The notes below the pieces were generated by a model that was not told the DNA's origin, searched no databases, and saw nothing but the letters and a program-made list of their open reading frames with translations. A program made the translations under genes and the position numbers. This document shows, in pieces, positions 12,483 through 27,011 of a stretch of 64,000 bases of DNA (its first letter is position 1; each line of letters begins with the position of its first letter). The stretch comes from Cirrosporium novae-zelandiae (Eukaryota), in contig JAPETS010000010.1 of assembly GCA_026023565.1 (NCBI GenBank), positions 62,001 through 126,000 on the forward strand, given 5' to 3'.

Positions 12483-14440
12483 TTATCCGCCAACAGGAGA
12501 AGTACACCCAAACGAAGTAACAGCATCATTATCCTGAAACCCAGTAATCATATCCTTGATCGCAGAATAGGCGCCCAGAACGGCGCAAACCAAAGCCCCC
12601 AGGGTGTATATTAAGTTAAAAGTATTGAGATGCCATTTCACGGCGTAGCCTCTGCACCACCTCCTAAACCCCGTATCGTAGCGAGTGACGCGGCCGGTAG
12701 CAGGGTCATACCCCTCACCGTCTTGGATGGCGTCTTTCTTGATCTGGAAGCCTAGCATCAGGAACGGGGGGAAGGTGTATGTGAACTGCAGGATGCAGAG
12801 GGCGGCGATAAGGCCCGTGAGGTTACTGAATTGGGGGATGGCGGTTGCGACGATCCAGGCGATGATCCAGTAGACGGGGACGATAAAGACCCAGAAGACT
12901 TTGCCGCGGGTGGCGGTTAGGGGGGGAGCGTTGAAGACGTCGATGAGGACGTTCTGATAGAGAACTTTTATGCCGATGTTGCCGTATAGCGCGGCAGCGA
13001 TGAGAGCCGAGATCATAGCGATAACATTGGCAGCCGTCTGCGGGTTGTAGGGCCCGATGCCGGAGTAGGCCGGGTTGATTGAGAATTGGCCTTGGTAGGA
13101 GTAGACGAAGAGGCCGAAGAAGAGGTACCATACGAAGATGAAGGATTGAGCACATACCATGCCTTTCCAGAAATCCCAGGGTCGTCGCATCTCAGACATG
13201 AATTCGCAGAAGAGCATGGCGCCGCCGTAGGAGTAGACGGCTTGCATCAGGCCGACAACTTGGGATTCGAAGGGCATGCCTGAGGGAGGGCCGGCGGTTG
13301 TAACGACGGGACCTTTGGAGATCATGTTTTGGCTGTAGGCGGCTGTGTAGTTGGGGGCTGTTATTGCCACTGAGACCATGGTTATGAACATGACGATGAC
13401 GTTGAGCCTGTAGGTATGTGTTAGCGTTTTAGAGCTTTATAGGTTATTATAAGTATCGGATGGGATGTTCTTTTACCATATAGCGGCATGAGCAATCCAA
13501 CCAAACCGTTGCAGAGTTCGAATTTGTCCGAGGATAAATCCTAGGCATGACCAGATTACACAGCACACGATGAAACAAAGCTTAGCCTTGGTGACTTGAG
13601 CAAGCGATTGGCTGTTTGAGATGATGATGGCGCCAACGTTGAATAGAAGCTGGATGGATTGGAGAATGCTAACCGAGTTTCGACACCACATGCCGTAGAC
13701 ACGGAACGCAATGTCTCCATACGTCTTCAGGGGGAATCGATCGGAATCTAGGTTCAGGAACATTTTCCATAGCTGCCATCCGGAGCTAGGCACTGTCAGC
13801 AATTGGAATATGGTAAATGGGGCATCAAGCCACGTACTATCCAGCAAAGGCGCCGAAGACTGTGTAAAGGACTACTCCTGGGCCATAGCCCATCTGAGAC
13901 ATTGCCCACCTGTAGATAATAAGCAGAGCACTTGGTTTGAGATGGTGACCCTTACGGTACTGAGAAGGGCCCTAGAATATCCGTAGTGATGAGATAGAAA
14001 ATTGCACCCCATGTTGCAGTTCTCGTGGCTCGTGACGCCTGTATCCATTCGTCGTCTGAGACCGCTAGATAGGTAGGACTTGTTGAACCATCGCTTTCTC
14101 CTTTACCTACGTCTTTCTCGTTCACTCCCTTGGAACCCTCTTCCTTCGAGCCCGCGGGTTCAGGAGGGGTGGCTGTATCTGATCCATTTCTCTTCCCTCC
14201 AATCCTCTCCTTTATGCCTTGCACGAATCCTATCCCAGGTGCAAGGCCCTCCTCGCTTGCTCTAGTGATTTTCGCGTAATATAGATATTCTTCGAAAGAC
14301 ACTGATGGGTCATGAATGCTCTTGAGCTGCCGGTGAGTGACATTTGTGATTCCAAGGGCGGTGGACTCCTTGTGGTCCGAGGAGTTTAGAAATGTAGGAT
14401 CTCCACCATCGAGGGCGAGCATTTGTGGTTGTCCCGCCAT
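12483..14440 (-). CDS. Amino-acid/auxin permease (AAAP, Aa_trans) family transporter, Mtr-like
   Basis: Multi-exon. RTATWGAIFYLITTDILGPFSVP; FLNLDSDRFPLKTYGDIAFRVYG; YSYGGAMLFCEFMSEMRRPWDFWKG; many hydrophobic helices. Confidence 0.9.
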
Positions 14441-15644
14441 TCTGTGCTGCAATCAAATAGGTGGCGACCAATTTCAAACAAGACGAAGAGACGATCCGTC
14501 AAGAAACAATAAAGAGGTCAAGGGAAAGAAGGATCCATGACCTCTTCCATAGGAACAAGCTTCTTAAGAATCGCCGAGAAACCCGGCCGAATGGTTAGAT
14601 ACGGATTTAATCGTGATCGACTCAAGTGAACAGGCATCTCGATCTTCAGATTTCCACATGAGTCTCGCAATCTAAGCAAAATGAGGAATGTGCCATATTC
14701 GTGTAAAGGTAGGATGGTATCATGAACTAGCTTGATGCTGATAGCGGTACGAGCAGCCAACAATTGATAGGAAGCAAAGTTTGACGCAATATTTGGGGGT
14801 AAACCTGCAACTCGGCAGTCCTTATCTGATTCTTGTTATTGGAGGAAATCCATGAACTTGGGTTTCTGAATTCAGGGAGGTGGAATAATGGAGGGTGGCG
14901 AGCACGAAATGGTCACTATGCGGCAATGTCGGATATCGGAAGACCTAAAACCCTGGAATGGATTAAGAATATTAGATGGGTGACTGAGGGATAGATACGC
15001 ATTCTATCTGGTGTCCCAGGGTCAAGCGAAGATGGTGTGCTGTGATGTTCTCTCCGTGGTTGTATCCAATATCGATACCAGATCCAAGCAATTGAATTAC
15101 AGGTGTTCGATTTTCGAGTTTTTCTGGTCCCCCAACGGCATAGCTCCGATATCAAAAAGGAGTTGAAAATGCACATCACATCTATCCTAGCCTATGCCCT
15201 GGTTAGAATTAAAGAAGTACAGGACATGGATAAATAATAACATATTCAAGAGGATTGAAATTTGAAAGATAAGTTAATGGGCATGATAAGCTTCCTAAGC
15301 TTTTTTACCAAGAGACTAGAAGACGCTTCGTCAACAGTAACCAAGGGGAGGTCGGATCAGAGAAAATGGGGCATCTTGAGCCTTGAGCCTTGGCTGTATA
15401 TCATGATTCATATCCATGTATCATTTCAAGTCATTCTCTTTGATGGTTTTGCCGTGTCTTAATATGGCGAATGGTCCGAAGCATGGGCTAGATAGATTGG
15501 ACATGGCACCAATGTAAGAGAGTATTCGAAGATATTAAGACGAAATAGAGGTGTGGGGTGTTCAGGGATTCAACACTGCGGGTTGTTAGTCTTGATAACC
15601 ACACGAAGATCCTCTGCCAACTCCCTGTTAGTGCATCATGGTGC

Positions 15645-15868
15645 TGTAACGCTGTGGTCTGCGCTTTTATAGAGGACTGATTATAGAAATCATTACTTGG
15701 TGTCAGCTCAGTTGGATTGAATAGTTGAATCCTTCATTTTGACGTGTGGTTGACCAATTCGCTTCCGCCAAAACTCCGGTCGACACTTTGGATGTTTGTC
15801 GCATCATCAACCAACAACCAAGAACCAACCACCAACCACAACAAATACTCAAACAATGACAGGTTACA
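15645..15868. mobile_element. Possible solo LTR
   Basis: Starts TGTAACGCTGT and ends ACAGGTTACA (TG...CA, inverted termini). The same first 13 nt (TGTAACGCTGTGG) recur at 3409. No matching TSD. Confidence 0.35.
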
Positions 15869-16354
15869 AACATTGGAACAAAGACAACAATACTATACAA
15901 TATCATTGTTTCTAGCTACATCTAGATGATTTCAATGAAATACAAATATAAAGTGAGTTGATTTGATGATGATAAGCTTGGCTTAGGATGAATTAAATGC
16001 TTACATGCCCATCCATTTAGCTATCCTTCATGGTTAATCAATGCGCCAAGGTAGTTAAATGCAACGACGCCCATGTCTCGCTATAACAGCTCCAACTATA
16101 TCCAATGCTAGATACCTAAAAGAAACCTGCAAATTTCATCCACTCCAAGAATCCCAACCAGATGCTGATCCCCCCGAAGCTAGACAATAAAATGAAAATA
16201 ACCTTCTTTACAACCAAAAGCGCTATATACCGCTTAATATTAAAAATGGATATCGATTGACCGTTCATGTTCGATTCCTCGCGAACCCTTGTCGCTATTT
16301 GCATCTTTATCTCTTATACCGCGCTGGTCTCAAAAAGAATTAATACCAAAACTC

Positions 16355-18041
16355 CTAAAGTTCTCGTCGTCCTTGTAATGACCTAGGGAACCTTCTCTGT
16401 CGTACCTCATCCCATTTTTTCCTACATGTTGCATTGCCGAAATGATAACTCCCTCCATGCTCCTCGATATAATTTGCCACATCTTTCCATGGAATTTTTG
16501 TGGGCTTTCTACCTTTGTGGAGGGGGTCGCGATCGAATCTAAGGACAGCTTCACATAGTAGCCGAATCTGCTCCATTATCAGTCACGAAATCATTCATTA
16601 TCTCAGGGGTTACAAACGTCTTGTTCTTTCCATTCTGGTTTCCGAACTCTCTTCTCTTTAGGCTTCGTGATTGTCCGATACCGTCCGCGCAAAGTTGACT
16701 CTGCTTCATGAAATCCTCCCTTCTCCCTAATCTCTTTGTACGAAAGGCCCTCCCCCTTCCATTTGACCAACAAAAAATCCCGGAGGTTCGACTTCTCTTC
16801 TTGCGTGGAGGATTCATCGGGATAAGCATTGTCTCCAAGTGGTGCACTGGTTGACTGACCAATAGGAAATGAGAGCTCCGGAAATTCGTCAAGTTGTGTG
16901 TTGCTCGTAAAGAAGCAATCATCATGCAGGAAGGGTTGCGGGGTTTTAGGCTTTGCTGTGTAAGTTCCTAGGTGTGATCCCATAAATGCATCTCCCAAAT
17001 TTAGTTGGTATTGTATTGGCAAATCCATCGTGTTATATCTCGAAGCGCACCCTGTTGGGTGGCTTGGTGTGTTTGAGGATCTAGATAATTCCAGAAGCAT
17101 ATCGTCGAAGTGATCCATTCCATCATTACCTGCAGGGGATTTCCCAGGAAGCCCGGTGTTTGTTAATAATGTTGGAGCCACCGTCCTTGGCTCAGTAAAG
17201 CCCGGCTGGGATTGGTTTGAGAGGTCATGGTAATGACACATGGGGCTCTTCTCGGAATCACCCCAGTGGAGCGGAAATAACCAATCCCAATCTGTACTGT
17301 CAAAGGTTGTGTTAAGTTGAAATTTGCCTGCATCATCTGGCGTGTCGGCGTATTTACATGTTCCCGAGTTCCGCATACCGATGCCAAGTAAAGGATTAAT
17401 CTCGGATTTCAACAAACATGGCGACTTATAAGACCCTGGACTCGATGTGTTGGCACAAAAGTTCTCTTGATCCGAAGCCCTTCGTCCATGATTAAACTTC
17501 GAGATCGCCCTTAAGTCTTTGTGTTGGGGAAGGACAAACTCTTCTTCTAGTCGGTAAAGCCTACCAGGGTCTCGTTTGTTGAGAAAACGTCCTTGCGGAT
17601 TTGAACTTCGGTCATACCCCATTCCATTACTGTTTAATAACGGTAACTTTGTTCCATCTGCGGCCATTATTTGATCGGGGTTATATTGAAATCGCGACCA
17701 GTTAGGGTACTCTTCCATCGATCAGTACTTTCTTCAAGAAGGATTATGAAAAGCCTACCAATTTCAACCGGTTCAACAGTACTTCTGTCAAAGTTACTGT
17801 GTCTCACAGCATCCCATGTATCACCAAAATTTCGATCTAGTATATTGCCCTTGCCTTCTATATCTTCGGCCCTGGGCACTTCTACGAACATGCTATTAGG
17901 GGATGACTGTTCACATTTGATATTTTGCGTCACTCGGAGAGGGAGATTGATATCATGGCTACTTTGTATGGTTGCCATGTTGGAAACTGTTGGGGTTTGA
18001 TAATCGCTATCGGTATCCAAGACTCCTGTATGGTTCAGCAT
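16355..18041 (-). CDS. Myb/SANT-like DNA-binding domain protein
   Basis: C-terminal GLSYKEIREKGGFHEAESTLRGRYRTITKPKEKRVRKPEW-intron-IRLLCEAV...IPWKDVANYI..HGGSYHFGNATCRKKWDE. Plausible GT-AG introns join the three ORFs. Confidence 0.8.
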
Positions 18042-21000
18042 GGCATATTAGTCTTCCTGGTTCTAACTTACCTTTCACCGCTTTCTTCAGAGATATTGGT
18101 CGGTGTTGCATCTCTGATATGCGACCATGCAGTCTATCAACCGTCAAGGGTGGTTGCAGCTTAAACTTTTGCTCGCTTTGAACCCCCGTAACACTTGACT
18201 TTCAGAGCCCGAAAGAACTTGATATATTTTTCAGCGTGGCTTGTGATATGGTAAAGTAGCACTTTGATCGCCAGTTAATTCGAAATGTAAGAATTTCCCC
18301 GCGACCACATGAGGGAAAGGTTGAGTAATTGAATCCAGGACATTAAATAAGGCTATCCAATCAATGAGGTGGCGGTGATACCAGATCTATGACCTACACA
18401 GATATTAGTTGGGCCTCCTGTTACCTCAATTACACCTACGAATTGTCTCGACGTCTATCGCTAAACCAAGAATCTTTGAATTCTTAGTTTGGTGATACAG
18501 TGAATCTGATCAACTGCCATAAAATTTTGGTTGGGCTCCGCTTTGAGGCTCTGCTTTGTATGGAACCCCCAAAATCAAACAAGGAGGGCTGTGAAGTTTG
18601 GTCTCAGATGGTTATCGTGAAGATGAAGATAATACAATGTGTTTGAAAAACATTGGTGCCAACAGTTTGACTGGGACAATATTATTCTACGCTATGGTAC
18701 CTTAGATATAAGGCCTGACCTTCGAACTCCCCTTGGTTGATAAATCACTTCTACCCAGAATTTGGTAGGCAAATCTCCAGCCTGCGGGAGACGGGAGCAT
18801 ATATCCATTATCCCTATCATATGAACTAAACCACATCATTCACATGAGCCGCCTCTACGAGTCCGGCCAGTGAATCTTCAATTACTCGATGAAAGTGATG
18901 CATTAGTAAATCCATCGAGTCGTTGATTCACTCCAAAGCCATCTTATCAAATTAATAGTCCCCGTTAATTAGGCAGCAAATGAAATGAACAGCAGGCCAA
19001 ATGAGCCACCCCGCTAGATCTGGACACCAACTTGATTCATTCGTGGCTCAAATCGAAGGCTCGCTAGGGGACAAACATCAATTAGGGCGATTTTAACGGA
19101 TACCGACAGTATCAGCAGCCTCCCCACAACCTGGCTGCATGTCAACCGTAACCTGGAAGAGGCGTTCATTTTAACGTGCACAAAACGTTTTGCTGTTAAT
19201 CATTCCCTAGCATGGCATGTCGGATGAACTCGGACTCTAAGACGTGTTTGCTCTTCTGGAAGTAGGGCGTATCTGACTATGTTTGGCACATGGCCATACT
19301 TATAGGCAGAACTCTCCACTCTTACATCTTTGCTTTGGGGATCAATCAAGATAACTCGACTTTAGAGCATTACCATATTTGCCTCCTATACTGTTATACG
19401 AATGCCTTCTTTTGCTGGATCAAATATTGATTACCAAGAAGAGGTTCATCTATAGAATTTCCACGTACAAACACGGGCGTCCACCGAAAACCTGACTTCC
19501 CCGACAAATCCTAAGCCCAACCGAACTAACTGTTCTCACCATCTTACGTATCTTACTATTTTACATTTCTCGGCAAGTAGTGAGGGTCATCCATGAAATC
19601 CTAGGAATGATCCGCGTTTACATCTCGGGTTAAATCCTGATATTTCCATAAACGAATCTTGGTATCTCATCTTAGTCAACCACAACGTTAAAGCATCAAT
19701 ATCATCAAGCTTCAACTCCCTGCGTTCGAATTACACCTGAATTTGACATGACCGGTATCCGTCTCCGGCCCATCCGTTCGTTTCTAGCCTACGTTACACC
19801 CGTCTCCGCATGAGTTGAAACACTCGGCTGTCAACTGTCAACTATCAAAGCTTCCCCGCTTATCACTTGCTTCATGTCCCTAGCTATTCATGCACTTATC
19901 CTAGTTTCTACATGTGCTAATTCGCTACTTTACAGTCTTCAAGGACGCCACATCATGAAATGTCACGGAGATCTGCATGATTTCTCGAACCCAAAAGAAA
20001 TAACATGGGATTCTGTCATCCTACAGTAGATGGGATTGGCAATTTGACAGTCCATACGGTCCTCCTCGGTGAGAGACTGCTCGAAGAAAATGATATTCGA
20101 AGAATTGTGATGAACCTTTGCTTTAGAATAGTTCGTGACACTCCCTAGGGTCAACATTGATCAATATTTGAGCAGTTCTTCGCTTCGTCATATCTGCTGT
20201 CACCTTATGCAACTTTAATTCCTAGCTTTTTGCTTTTTTACAACGGAGACTTGCCTCACGTGGCCAAAACCCGAATAGGACGCTACACACGCAAATCTTG
20301 AAGTCAACTTTAAGACATTCTAAAGCCGGCTCCACACTTTCAACTACGCAGATGTAGTTCGGATAGCTGATCAAGCTAACTTACCTTGACCGACCAACCT
20401 GAAAATCATATTCCACCGCTTTTTCGCTTTCTAGTTTCAGAGAGGGATAGATCAAAACAGAATCTGCTCGAGATGAGACCTTGCTCAATGGGCACCGATT
20501 TGAATTGGATTTAGATAAGGTGAATCAGGCTAGATGGATGGGGACTAGGTGGTCACACAAAGTGCTGTCCTAATTCCTTACCCACTCATTTTTACTACAG
20601 ACGTAGACGGCCCGGATGCTAGCAACCCGTAGACCACAACATCTGGCTCCGAGACATCTGCGGGAGGTTGTGTAGACATGGCTCAAATGGGAATAGAAGC
20701 AGAATAGAAGGGGCAAGTCATCTTCTCCTCAACCTACCTTACGGGTAGCTGTAGCTTGAGCTATAGAGTGCTCGTCCTCAATTTCGCTACTAATCTGAAG
20801 GTCCCTGAGCAGAATTCTAGTATGATTCTATCTTCTAGCTACTATTGAGCGCAAGATATGGCCCCAAAATAATTAGCCAAAATAGTCAACATGGTCGTGG
20901 ATTGTGGATATAGCCAGCAAGTACGTAGGTAATGAGATGGGTCATGTGATCCAAGTATCCATGTCACTTCAGTAAATTCATCCTTGACTCGAGTCGGTTC

Positions 21001-21556
21001 AACATGCACCTGTGCAAATGGATATTCCCAGATCAAAATCCAGAAAGAATTACAAGTAAAAATGGCCGTCGAAGAGTGTTCCTGGGATGGAGCGGAGAGT
21101 TGAAGTTGGTCATATCCCATTGGTGGATGACGCGAGATGGAGTCCGTAACCTCAGGCTCCGATGTCCGTGATGACCGTGCCCCCTTTCTCCAAAACACGC
21201 CTCTCTCTTTAATTCAACAGAAAAAGAACAGCAAAAAAAGAGGTCGGATTTCCAGCACACAATTTTAAAGATACCGCCCTCTCGTCTAAGGTGCTGATTC
21301 CCTTGAGTATCCAAAATTGCCTAGCGTCCCTTTAATAGCTAAGATTCAAAGTTGATCTTGCGGTCGCCTCCTTGTCTCCTCTGTCTTTTATTTAAAGCCT
21401 TCCCTTCCAACTCTCTCCGAAGTCCTCTCTTCTCTTCCTTTTTTCTACTTCTCGTAAATCTCTCACTCTCACACTCGTCATCAATCAATCTTCATACATC
21501 CTTTTATCTACCAACTCAACCACTAACCACATTTCCATCAAATCAACTCTGCAAAT

Positions 21557-22349
<793 letters not shown>

Positions 22350-23106
22350 ATGAATTTTGTGTGCGTGATGTGATGGATGGGTGGATGGCTCTGAGATGAT
22401 CGACCAACGACCGACCTACCTGTAAATCACTATCGTCAAGTGTCGCTCTTCTAAAATTCTTAGCGTGATGTTTGTTATCGATACACAAATACCCCCCAAC
22501 TACGACATCCACTCAGTCGATCGGTTATCCCCACCACAAATACTATCCCATCCAACCCCATTACATCATATCACCCTTAACCTTGTTACTCTATCACCTC
22601 TATGCTTACCATCATCCTGGTTTTCCAATCTGGCGTTTTATCGGTGAATCTGGTGAGCTTACGGAAGGAAAGGCATGAAGGCATGATGATGGATGCTTGT
22701 TTTTTTATGAAGATGATTTGTGTGGAATAGAGAGAAAGTTACTCGTTCAATCAAGACAACAGAAGTCCTTAAATAATATAATATACAAAAAAAATTGAAT
22801 CCATGAAATGTGGCTGTGTATTGCTTTTGCTGTTATGTCTATGTTCGAATAACCAATTGTCCATGCCCATGTCCATGTCTATCTATGTACCAGTACGTAC
22901 CATAGCATCTCATTCGCTCATCAACCAACTATTTGCACGTAACTGCCTTACTCATGGGCAACACAACACACAACTCTTTCTCCATAAATCTACTATACCT
23001 ATACCTATACCTACCTACAAAAATATCTAGTATTTGACCACTTCCAATACTATATTACGCTCGTCAACATTTATTTATAGCTAAACTTTTAATGATAATA
23101 CATAAT

Positions 23107-24874
23107 ATGTCTGCCGGTTTTGGCTTTTCAGTCGGTGACTTCATCGCCGCCCTCGAACTAGCCGCAACAGTTATCGATGCTTTCCGCGAAAGTGGCAATG
23201 TCTCACGTCGTCACTATGGACTACTACAGCAAATCGAGTCCCTTAAGAGGGCTCTTGATCAAGTCGAACGCCTCGGCTCCAAGGATTCACAGCGTGATAA
23301 ATACATCGCCATCAATAACGCAGTGTCGCGATGCCAAAACACTATCGATGATTTTCTGAAGAAGATGCAGAAATATGAACCTCACCATCACCCTCGACGC
23401 GTTCAAATATGTATCGGAATCCGACACTAGAACATCCTCTTTATGCCTCGTGTTAGTTTTCGTTGAAGAAAAACCACTTTTCAAAACTCTTGTACTGCTT
23501 CTGAATATTTCACAAAATAGCATACGATACCTACCTCTTGCGTTGAAGCTGACTTGGTATCTTTCTTCGTAGGCGGAATGCGGATATCCAAGCGAAGAAG
23601 CAGGATGATCAATAAAAATAGTTTCTGGGCAGAATACAGGAGACCTCCTTCGAACATAGGAACAACCTGTCCGTCGTCTCTAATGTTGTTATGACGTATG
23701 TTCACGAATGACATCGATCATTGATATTGATTCTGACTATCTGTCTAGCTGCGTAAAACAAGGGATAGAGCTATTGGAAATAGTAGGGAAAGTTTGGTAC
23801 ACGCATAGGAATATCGCAGTTTCTCTAAAAGTAACTAATGGATTCTAGAGGACAAGTAATGTTCAAATACTTCAAGTCGTCCTAGATATACAAACCTCTA
23901 TTATGCACATTCCACGTCAAATTGAACGCCAGCAACCCGTTTACATGATTGATGCCCTTAGAAAACCCAGTCCATTCTACCTGGAGTTTGTAAGGTCTGC
24001 AGAGGTAAGTTTTTGATTCTGCTATATGTGTTGTGTACGTGCTTATGTGGACTCGAGGCTCTAATTGCTGTACTACGGGTCAACTTTAAGAAATTTGGTG
24101 CTGCTGAGAAGATTGATCGCGGCGAATTTGTCATTCAAGATACGTGCAGCAAGCGAGAAATCGACCTTAGCCAGGACTGGGAAATGTGTTTTCTTCCAGG
24201 GCAAAGGGTCGATATGAGCATGGTTTTTAATTCAACCACTGGCGCGGATAATACATGTCCAAATTGCAGAGAAATTTCCAACGGGGCCGCAGATAAAGAA
24301 GTCGAATGGTTGTTCTCCATACCAAAAATATTCATTTTTTAGTCTCTTCTAACGAATATCAGTAAACGTTGCAGAATGACATTCAGACGTATCCAAGACC
24401 TAGATGAAAAACAGCAACCTTTCTCCATACAATCCCCAGAACATGGAAAAGGGTTACCGAAAACGCCTTTGTTTAGCCCAGACCTACCACCAAATTTTCA
24501 AGAACTCAAGCGTATTAAAGAAGAAAGTCCCGAAGATCTAAGGAAATTTCGTCGTGTCAAGATTATCCATCGACAAGTAAAATTTCGCCCCCTTCGCAAG
24601 TAAGTCAAACAACAAACTCCTTTGTAATTTCTGTTTACTTATATTGATAATTAGTAATGGATTAACCTACCGCGGATGGGTATGCGAATATGGCTGCAAG
24701 GGCAAAGGAGAAATATTTATGCGCAAAGTGGATAGAATGCGCCACTACATGGCTAAACATGGCGCTCCATCCGTCACCCATTATATCTGCTCTCATACTA
24801 ATTGCGGCTATCGTGGAACAAGAAAAGATAAATTATCTAATCATATGTGGAAGGTACACGGAGTCTTATTCTAA
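23107..24874 (+). pseudogene. SesA/NACHT_N-like helical N-terminal domain + ubiquitin-like domain + C2H2 zinc fingers; degenerate
   Basis: MSAGFGFSVGDFIAALELA start; RQQPVYMIDAL..SPFYLEFV..AEALIAVL...W...FLPGQRVDMSMVF..CPNC; C-terminal CxxxC..RxDxxxxHxxxxH twice. In-frame TAA 23613-15 and TAG 23619-21, and an apparent deletion after YEPH (about 23390). Confidence 0.7.
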
Positions 24875-27011
24875 GCAATCACGCTAATGCCTCGAGGTTT
24901 GCCAGGCATGCTCCCTACTAATCCCGCCCTTTGAGATACCTAGGATGAACAACAAACACTACACTTCCGGGAATGGGAAAAAGTTAGGTCGAAAGTGAAT
25001 ATTCGGTTTGGTGTTTTTTTAGGGGGCGGGGGATTTGATACATCAATTTCTTTCTGTTGCACCTTTTTTTTTTTTTTTTTTTCAACATTCCAAAACAATT
25101 ATAATATTTTCTTATAGAACAATTGGAGTTAATGACATCTCAAACGATAGCTTCTAATAGCATAAAATAATACAATCCCAACCCCCCTTTTCACGGCTAA
25201 CGTATAGTATAGTCAGTATAAATACAGAGATATAAACCGCACCAAGACCGAAAACGAAAAGGCCGACTTCTTCTTTTTTTCTCTCTAATACCTTCTACCT
25301 TTCCCATGAGAGAGTCCCTGCCCCCCCTTTTGTATCTTTTATGATATTTACTTCTTCCCATTGTACTTAGTCTTTCTTCTTCTTCTTCTTCTTCGGAATC
25401 TAACTTCTAAAAAAAACGTATTTCCTTAATCCCCCCTTGGCCTTTTACACCTCATGAAACTATTACTATTACTATTACTACCACATCAACACCAACACCA
25501 ACACCAACGTCGAAAGATATACAACTTCAACCTACAACCTACAACCTACAACCCCAACCACCAAAAAAAAAAACACCATCTAGGTACCTATAACGTATAA
25601 CTTCGAACGCAGTGTAGACATATTTATGTTTTATATTTTCTGGTTTATAGTTTATGTTGATTTAATAAGATCAAGGTCAAGGTCAAGGTGAGAGATTTAA
25701 GATTGGTTGTGGGTTTTAGGGCTTAGGGAATCTGGGGAGGGGGAGGGTTGGGTTGAGTTGGGTGTGGATGCGACGTGGAAGGTGTACGGTAAAAAAAAAA
25801 AAAAATGGAAAATAGAAAATGGAAAATGGAATATCCTTATCGTCCTTATCATCATCATCATCATCATCATTCACAGCTTTATTAAAACATCCCAGATCCC
25901 AGATCCCAGATCCCCAAATCCAAAAAACTCAAGATCTGAATTCGCATTTTCCATTTCCATTTCCATTTCCATCCCCCTCTCCCTCTTCCTCTAGACCTTA
26001 CTCATCCATCCACCCACCCATCCACTTTCTTAGCAGAATAATTCATGAATCAGAATGTTAAGAATTCCTTCCGTGGATATACACACAGAATGCAAGACCT
26101 CAAATCAAATTACTTTATTCCCTTGCCTTATTTTATTTTTATCTTAAGATTCGATTTCGATTTCGGTTTCGGTTTCGGTTTTGGTGGGGGATTGGAACTG
26201 GGACTGGGATTTGTAGTGGGATTTGTAGTGGTTGCTTAGATGGGGGATAGATGGGGAGGAGGCGGTGGAGAGGGGGGGGGGGTAGGTAGGGCTGGATGTG
26301 AGAAAATGGGAAAGGGGAGATGAGATGGTTTTGTGTAATGTATATGTGAAGTAGGGATATAATTATAATGATATGGTTACCACAGTATTAAATAAGTTGA
26401 ATGGATTGGATAAATTTCTACTAACAAGGGCCTCTCTCTTCTTGCGTTAGACTACGTACCCCCTTCGAGGGAGGGGAGACCCTAGACTTGACTAGGAGGG
26501 GAGTAGGAGGTTTGTTAAAAGGGGCTTTAATTAAAAATACTTGTGCATGCTGACTTTCTAGGGTTATTAGATAGATATAATGGATGTGGAATACTAGGGT
26601 TTTCCTTATTTCGACCGGAACCTAACCTAACCTAAACCTAGCCTACTGTACATGCTAGTTTTGTTGTTGTAGTGGGGGAAGGGAGAGTTTGATATCGATA
26701 GGTACCTACTTTATTGTCTCTCCCTCTCTTTCTTTGATACTGCTGAAGAAAAATATGGAGTGGAAAGGAGTGTGGAGATTAGATGGTTTTTTTGACTCCT
26801 TCCTACATCATATCACATCACATTAGCGAAGTACTCGCATTCTTAAACCCAATCTCCCGACAAGTAAAAATAACAAGATCTTAGATTATGGCAGGCAGGG
26901 TCTCATGACTCATGAGTCCAAAGGACGAGGTAAAAAAAAAATTTAGCTTTTCATTTTTTGTTATTATTGTGCGCATGTAGTCCCTTGCGGGGGTGTGTCT
27001 AACGTTATTAT

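Noticed and set aside
18100..21500. 3.4-kb gap between the Myb-like gene and H4, containing short ORFs
   Set aside because: No coherent exon chain, domain, repeat or RNA motif could be supported by eye.
25440..25448. GCCTTTTAC, identical to the U5 snRNA loop 1
   Set aside because: No flanking stem and no other U5 features; lies in low-complexity DNA.
25597..25605. ATAACTTCG, resembling a loxP arm
   Set aside because: Only 9 bp and no second inverted arm.
24900..26900. Short ORFs in the microsatellite-rich intergenic tract (likewise 46250-47700 and 62100-64000)
   Set aside because: Translations are low-complexity products of simple repeats with no domain signal.
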